Origin: an uncultured Flavobacteriaceae bacterium | GTDB taxonomy: Bacteria; Bacteroidota; Bacteroidia; Flavobacteriales; Flavobacteriaceae | Length of the DNA: 64,000 nucleotides | Assembly (NCBI GenBank): GCA_937901915.1 | Contig: CALGUD010000150.1 | Location: 6,067 to 70,066 of the forward strand | Direction of reading: 5' to 3' | Part shown: positions 57,232 through 64,000 of the stretch, piece by piece | Numbering within the stretch: the first letter of the stretch is position 1 | How the letters are laid out: the number at the start of each line of letters is the position of its first letter | The notes under the pieces: generated by a model | What the model was told of the DNA's origin: nothing | The model's input: only the letters and a program-made list of their open reading frames with translations | Database searches by the model: none | Program-made: the position numbers and the translations under genes

Positions 57232-58276
57232 ATTTCCGGTATATTTTCAGATTGTCATTCAATATGAAAGCTTCTGATGCTATCTCACCGGATATATGCG
57301 GAGGCTTTGTACCGTCAATTAAATTAACATTTCCTTTAAAAACTCTTGCCTCATCCCATAACCCTTCGGAAATAAAAGTTTGGATTGTTTTTGTGCCACC
57401 TTCAATAATTACACTTAAACATTCATGCTTGTATAAGACAGCACAGATTTGATGGGCAATATTCGCTGAAAAGTCTATGGTTTCAAAAATCTGGTTTTCT
57501 TTTAACGATTCATTGGGTATCGATTCACAGATAAAAATTGTTTTTACCGAGCCATCCCAAACAGAATAATTTCGCGGAGTTTTTAGTGACCTGTCAATAA
57601 CAATTCGAACAGGCGACTTTCCATACCATAAACGAGTGTTAAGTTGAGGATTATCGTCTGTAACAGTCTTTGTGCCTACCAGAATACCCTGCTCCTCACT
57701 TCGCCATTTGTGTACCAATTGCCTTGAATACTGATTGGTGATCCAAACAGGTCTCTGCTCATTTTTATCAAGCGGACTCATAAAGCCATCATTGCTTTCT
57801 GCCCATTTTAATATAATATAAGGACGCTTTTTATTATGATATGTAAAGAACCGTTTGTGATGTTCGTGGCATTCCTCTTCAAGAACACCAACGGTTACAT
57901 TACAACCGGATTCAATGAGTTTTTTTATGCCTTTGCCTGCAACATGTTTATTTGTGTCTATAACTCCGATTACAACATTTGGGATTTTGTGCTGTATAAT
58001 TAAATCTGAGCAGGGAGGGGTTTTACCAAAATGTGAACACGGTTCCAGTGTTACATACAATGTAGATTTTGCTAATAATGATTTGTCCTTTACAGAATTA
58101 ATAGCGTTTACCTCTGCATGGTTACCCCCGTACGGACTCGTATAACCTTCACCAATAATTTTATTTTCATAAACTATTAGAGCTCCTACGGCCGGATTGG
58201 GGTATGTAGTCCCGAGTGAGTTTTTGGCGAGATTAATACAACGTTTTATATATTTTTCCTGTAAATTCACAGGCAC
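57224..58276 (-). CDS. ribD: bifunctional riboflavin biosynthesis deaminase/reductase
   Basis: 350 aa. Deaminase zinc motifs HAEVNAI and PCSHFGKTPPC. GTG start. Confidence 0.9.
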   Translation of the reverse strand: MPVNLQEKYIKRCINLAKNSLGTTYPNPAVGALIVYENKIIGEGYTSPYGGNHAEVNAINSVKDKSLLAKSTLYVTLEPCSHFGKTPPCSDLIIQHKIPNVVIGVIDTNKHVAGKGIKKLIESGCNVTVGVLEEECHEHHKRFFTYHNKKRPYIILKWAESNDGFMSPLDKNEQRPVWITNQYSRQLVHKWRSEEQGILVGTKTVTDDNPQLNTRLWYGKSPVRIVIDRSLKTPRNYSVWDGSVKTIFICESIPNESLKENQIFETIDFSANIAHQICAVLYKHECLSVIIEGGTKTIQTFISEGLWDEARVFKGNVNLIDGTKPPHISGEIASEAFILNDNLKIYRKYD

Positions 58277-58321
58277 AAAAGTAAGACTAAAAACAGGATT
58301 TTTGTAGTAGCCACTTAAGAA

Positions 58322-59170
58322 ATGAAGCTAATAGATATAAAAAAAATATTTTATTCAGAACTTGAAAATGTTTTTGAAAAGGATGAGATAGATACGTTTA
58401 TAAAGCGAATAGCAGAAGAGTATTTGAATTTAAAACCTTTTGAACTGACTTTAAACCGGGATATATTTATTGAAAAACCGAAGGAAGAGATGTTTTTAAG
58501 GACAATTTCTGAGTTGAAAAAGGAAAAGCCCCTGCAACAAATTCTTGGGAAAACTTATTTTTATGGGTTGGAGTTTATAATAAATGAACATGTTTTAATA
58601 CCACGTCCGGAAACTGAAGAATTGGTTCACTGGATAATTAATGACAATAAATTATCAACATCAGAATTAAAAATTTTAGACATTGGTACCGGCAGTGGCT
58701 GTATCGCTGTTTCTTTAGCAAAAAATCTCCCCGGATCTGTAGTTTTTGCAATTGATGTATCTCAAGAAGCTTTGAATGTTGCCCGGAGAAACGCAGAGAA
58801 AAATAGTATTGAAGTAGGGTATATGCAGATGGATATTCTCAAAGCTGACAAATTACCTTCTCAGTTCGATGTTATTGTATCTAATCCACCCTATGTGAGG
58901 TTTCTTGAAAAGGATACAATAAAAAAAAATGTATTGGAATATGAACCTCACCTTGCCTTATTTGTAGATAATGAAGACCCTTTACTGTTCTATGATAAAA
59001 TCTCAAAACTCTCAATGAGTTACCTTAACGATAAGGGGAGTTTGTATTTTGAAATTAACCAGTATTTAGGAGTTGAATTGATTGAGTTGCTCGAGAAAAA
59101 TGGATTTAAAAAGATAGAATTAAAAAAGGATTTGTTTGGTAATAACAGATTTATAAAGTGTATAAAATGA
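58322..59170 (+). CDS. prmC: release-factor glutamine N5-methyltransferase
   Basis: 282 aa. SAM motif DIGTGSG and catalytic NPPY. Confidence 0.9.
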   Translation: MKLIDIKKIFYSELENVFEKDEIDTFIKRIAEEYLNLKPFELTLNRDIFIEKPKEEMFLRTISELKKEKPLQQILGKTYFYGLEFIINEHVLIPRPETEELVHWIINDNKLSTSELKILDIGTGSGCIAVSLAKNLPGSVVFAIDVSQEALNVARRNAEKNSIEVGYMQMDILKADKLPSQFDVIVSNPPYVRFLEKDTIKKNVLEYEPHLALFVDNEDPLLFYDKISKLSMSYLNDKGSLYFEINQYLGVELIELLEKNGFKKIELKKDLFGNNRFIKCIK

Positions 59171-59748
59171 AAAGTGTGTTAGTTTTTTGTGGTAGTAGTG
59201 AGGGCAATGACCCTGAAATAATTAAACAAGGATATGAATTAGGAAGCATATTGGCTCAACAAAATATTACACTGGTGTACGGTGCCGGTAAAATTGGTAT
59301 TATGAGGAAAGTAGCTGAAGGGGCATTAATGAATAATGGCAAAGTAATTGGAGTTATCCCCGAATTTTTAAAAGTAAAAGAAGTAGTGCATTTAGGCTTA
59401 ACAGAATTGCATACAACTCAGAATATGCATCAGCGAAAGCTGTTAATGCATGACCTTTCTGATGGAATAATAGCGCTTCCAGGGGGTTACGGAACACTCG
59501 AAGAATTATTTGAAATGATAACCTGGTCCCAATTGGGACTTCATCAAAAACCAATTGGAATACTTAATGTGAATGGTTTTTTTGACGGATTATTTGTATT
59601 CTTAAAGGAAATGGTGAGTAAAAAATTTTTAAAACAAGAAAATTATGATTTGCTATTGGTAGAATCTGAAATTGAAACCTTATTGGATAGGATGAGAGCA
59701 TACAAACCTGCCATCACACCGAAATGGATTCATAAAGACCAGCTGTAA
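59167..59748 (+). CDS. LOG-family (TIGR00730) nucleotide phosphoribohydrolase
   Basis: Motif PGGYGTLEE. Start placed at MKSVLVFCGSS, giving an ATGA overlap with the prmC stop. Confidence 0.85.
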   Translation: MKSVLVFCGSSEGNDPEIIKQGYELGSILAQQNITLVYGAGKIGIMRKVAEGALMNNGKVIGVIPEFLKVKEVVHLGLTELHTTQNMHQRKLLMHDLSDGIIALPGGYGTLEELFEMITWSQLGLHQKPIGILNVNGFFDGLFVFLKEMVSKKFLKQENYDLLLVESEIETLLDRMRAYKPAITPKWIHKDQL

Positions 59749-59859
59749 TGAAGGCATCATTAAATCGGTAAACTACGTTCAAATTTTACGAAACTTATGG
59801 TTTTTCAGTAGAAATTTGCATTACAGCGATAAAAAGATTTATTTAATCGATATTTAACT

Positions 59860-59867
59860 TATATTTG
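59860..59867 (+). promoter_or_regulatory. -7 promoter box (TATATTTG), small-peptide gene 1
   Basis: Exact TAnnTTTG match, 50 nt upstream of the ATG at 59917. The same octamer precedes the two paralogs. Confidence 0.45.
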
Positions 59868-59916
59868 ATGCGTAGACGTTACTTTTTTTGTCCCAAACAA
59901 TCTAAATAACAATATC

Positions 59917-60132
59917 ATGATGAAAATGTTAAAGAATTACATGAACAACCTACTTAAGTCTATGCCCGTTGCAATTATCAGTAGTTGTGTTTCCGTATTA
60001 ATTTTAATGAATACGGAGATATTCAAGGAATTTGATTTACAGAATATTCTTTTATCCTTCTTTATAACAGTTATCATCATGAGCCATTTGGTAATTCCCT
60101 TCTCCCGAATTGTTTCAAAAATCAATAATTAA
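59917..60132 (+). CDS. small 2-TM membrane protein, paralog 1 of 3
   Basis: 71 aa. MMKMLKNYMNNLLKSMPVAIISSCVSVLILMN...FKEFDL......SFFITVIIMSHLVIPF. Confidence 0.6.
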   Translation: MMKMLKNYMNNLLKSMPVAIISSCVSVLILMNTEIFKEFDLQNILLSFFITVIIMSHLVIPFSRIVSKINN

Positions 60133-60315
60133 AATTAAACTCCAGACAGACTCTTCTTAAGCAGATATATCTTATTTTTAATTTAAAAATTATATATTCG
60201 TCATTTTTTTCGTTAAAATAATAGATATATCCTAAAAATTTCTTTCATTTCATCTATTATTCATAAATCACTTGCCTTTTATCGATAAAAATATACACTT
60301 AAACGATATTTTATA

Positions 60316-60323
60316 TATATTTG
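60316..60323 (+). promoter_or_regulatory. -7 promoter box (TATATTTG), small-peptide gene 2
   Basis: Exact match, 46 nt upstream of the ATG at 60369. It is preceded by the conserved block atcgataaaaatatacacttaaacgat (60281-60307). Confidence 0.45.
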
Positions 60324-60368
60324 TTTCATAATAAGCAAGTTAATACCCCACTTATAAAAACTAATGCC

Positions 60369-60578
60369 ATGACTAAAATCTTTAAAAAATATTTGAAAAA
60401 TTTATTGGAATCACTTCCACTAGCAATAATAATTAGTTGTATTTCTGTTTTGATATTAACGAATATGAGCTATTTTCAAGAATTTGATTTAAAAATAGTC
60501 TTCGCCTCTTTTGCAATTACTATTTTAATTATGAGTCATCTAATTAAACCTTTTGCAAAAATAGTAGAAAAAATATAA
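60369..60578 (+). CDS. small 2-TM membrane protein, paralog 2 of 3
   Basis: 69 aa from the internal ATG (MTKIFKKYLKNLLESLPLAIIISCISVLILTN...). The ORF-track start at 60321 is TTG and is not conserved among the paralogs. Confidence 0.6.
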   Translation: MTKIFKKYLKNLLESLPLAIIISCISVLILTNMSYFQEFDLKIVFASFAITILIMSHLIKPFAKIVEKI

Positions 60579-60625
60579 AAAGGATTTGCATCCCTTTAAA
60601 TTGTTCTCATTAAGGGAATTACAGG

Positions 60626-60660
60626 AGCAAACACTACCCCATGGTGTTTGCTTTTTTTTT
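60626..60660 (+). terminator. rho-independent terminator after paralog 2
   Basis: Stem agcaaacac/gtgtttgct followed by a T9 run. Confidence 0.7.
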
Positions 60661-60822
60661 GATAATAAATACGGTTATAATAATGTATTGTAATAAATAG
60701 TTGAAAAATCACATATTTTGTTAAAATTTTATAAATATGGCAACATATTTAATATATAATGGTAATAAAATAATTTTAATGCATTTCATCGATAAAATTG
60801 TGCACTTAAACGATGTTTAGTT

Positions 60823-60830
60823 TATATTTG
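60823..60830 (+). promoter_or_regulatory. -7 promoter box (TATATTTG), small-peptide gene 3
   Basis: Exact match, 57 nt upstream of the ATG at 60887. It is preceded by atcgataaaattgtgcacttaaacgat (60789-60815). Confidence 0.45.
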
Positions 60831-60886
60831 AAGTATAATAAATGATGAGTCCCTTTTTTGTCCCACAAATAAAACTTAACCCACTT

Positions 60887-61096
60887 ATGACTAATACACT
60901 AAAAAAATACCTGAACAACTTACTGGAATCATTACCCATGGCAATCATTACCAGTTGCATTTCTGTTTTAATATTAACCAATATTGATGCTTTTAAAGAA
61001 TTCGATTTAAAGATAGTTTTGTCATCTTTTGCAGTGACAGTACTTGTTATGAGTCACTTAGTAAAACCCTTCACTAGGATCTTAGCAAGAATTTAA
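60887..61096 (+). CDS. small 2-TM membrane protein, paralog 3 of 3
   Basis: 69 aa from the internal ATG (MTNTLKKYLNNLLESLPMAIITSCISVLILTN...). Confidence 0.6.
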   Translation: MTNTLKKYLNNLLESLPMAIITSCISVLILTNIDAFKEFDLKIVLSSFAVTVLVMSHLVKPFTRILARI

Positions 61097-61142
61097 AATA
61101 TTTTTAGTGTTTCTTTATTTTGTTTTAATCAAAATTGAAAAA

Positions 61143-61176
61143 AGCAAGTACTCCCCCAAAGTATTTGCTTTTTTTA
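61143..61176 (+). terminator. rho-independent terminator after paralog 3
   Basis: Stem agcaagtac/gtatttgct (one G:U pair), loop tcccccaaa, followed by a T7 run. Confidence 0.7.
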
Positions 61177-61235
61177 TGTATGGTATAAACTAATTTATTT
61201 GATTATTTTTATTGCTCAATAGTTTAATAAATTAA

Positions 61236-63236
<2,001 letters not shown>

Positions 63237-63322
63237 GTATGTGAAAAAGCATAAAGATTTATTACTTATTGAAGAAGGGGAGCCATTTTTGTTGAGAGAC
63301 TTTAGATCAAAAGAATTTGAAT

Positions 63323-64000
63323 TTATACTGTAATTATTAATTCCTCAGATCTTTTTTTTGTATTATTTTCAAAATAAAAATCTATTCTCCCTAAGTATAA
63401 ACCATAGCACCCTACCTGGTTTATTAATACTCTATCCCCTTTTTTATTAGTTTCAACAATTGGCTTATCAAGAAAAGTATGTGTATGCCCACCAATTATG
63501 AGGTCTATATTCTCTGTGTTTTTAGCTAACTCAACATCCGATACTTTATTTTCTTCTTTATTATACTTAAAACCTAAATGTGAAAGACATATAATGAGGT
63601 CACAGTTTTCATCATTCTTTAGTAAATTAGTTATATCCTGTGTGATTTCTATAGGATCATTATATACGGTTTCTTTGTATAGTTTTTTATTTACAAGTCC
63701 TTTTAGTTCAATTCCTAAACCGAAAACCCCGATTTTGACACCATCCCTTATAAAAATCCTATAAGGCTTTACATGGGTATCCATAATTGTTTTACTGAAA
63801 TCGTAATTGGCCGAAAGAAATTCAAAATTTGCATGTGGTAATTGGGCATATAGCCCATCAATCCCATTGTCAAAATCATGATTGCCAATAGTTGCAGCAT
63901 CATACTTAAGCATGCTCATTAATTTGATTTCCAATTCCCCACCATAGAAATTAAAATAGGGGGTACCCTGAAAAATATCACCGGCATCAAACAAAAGTGT
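63323..64000 (-). CDS. metallophosphatase/5'-nucleotidase family protein (5' end beyond the window)
   Basis: Motifs GNHDFD and GGHTH. The reading frame stays open to the window edge, so the N-terminus is truncated here. Confidence 0.7.
   Translation of the reverse strand, partial: TLLFDAGDIFQGTPYFNFYGGELEIKLMSMLKYDAATIGNHDFDNGIDGLYAQLPHANFEFLSANYDFSKTIMDTHVKPYRIFIRDGVKIGVFGLGIELKGLVNKKLYKETVYNDPIEITQDITNLLKNDENCDLIICLSHLGFKYNKEENKVSDVELAKNTENIDLIIGGHTHTFLDKPIVETNKKGDRVLINQVGCYGLYLGRIDFYFENNTKKRSEELIITV

Noticed and set aside
58277-58321. FMN riboswitch upstream of ribD
   Set aside because: Only 45 nt separate the ribD start from the divergent prmC start. That is too short for the ~130-nt RFN element, and none of its conserved segments are visible.

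Overview
AT-rich chromosomal segment that looks Flavobacteriia-like (Bacteroidota): TAnnTTTG -7 boxes, no Shine-Dalgarno sequences, an acyl-ornithine ArgF'-type arginine pathway. Most of the window is core metabolism and housekeeping. A 10-gene minus-strand arg/pro operon runs GNAT-argG-argC-argD-proA-proB-argF'-argB-argE-argH (4914-15150). Other core genes are pabB, tilS, a dsbD-like gene, comM, pxpABC, ilvD-ilvB-ilvN-ilvC, a GapN-like ALDH, dnaA, ribD, prmC, a LOG-family gene and ligA. I saw no rRNA, tRNA, CRISPR array, transposase or integrase. The less ordinary content: (1) 34.2-38.4 kb holds a duplicated pair of unrecognised genes (soluble/lipoprotein A plus 7-TM protein B, then A' plus B'). 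It sits directly upstream of a sensor-domain-less HisKA_3 kinase and a NarL-type regulator, and is my best candidate for an undescribed signalling module. (2) There are two candidate leader-peptide attenuators. One is an Ile/Val-rich frame with 1:2, 2:3 and 3:4 hairpins before ilvD. The other is a 34-codon ORF ending in Arg-Arg-Arg-Pro before the arg operon. (3) A family of mosaic, GC-rich hairpin/REP-like intergenic modules recurs at 8.1, 24.5, 26.9, 28.9 and 38.5 kb. It includes a ~100-bp element in inverted copies, 7- and 8-mer microsatellites, and a 61-bp insertion flanked by ~25-bp direct repeats that duplicate the argB start. (4) Small paralog families are present: three tandem 2-TM peptides at 59.9-61.1 kb and two ~80-aa proteins at 33.2-34.0 kb. 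(5) The window also has a 20-repeat LRR protein, a decayed toxin-antitoxin pair with a C10 tract, and a gene frameshifted at an A6 run. All family calls come from motif recognition by eye and need HMM/BLAST confirmation.
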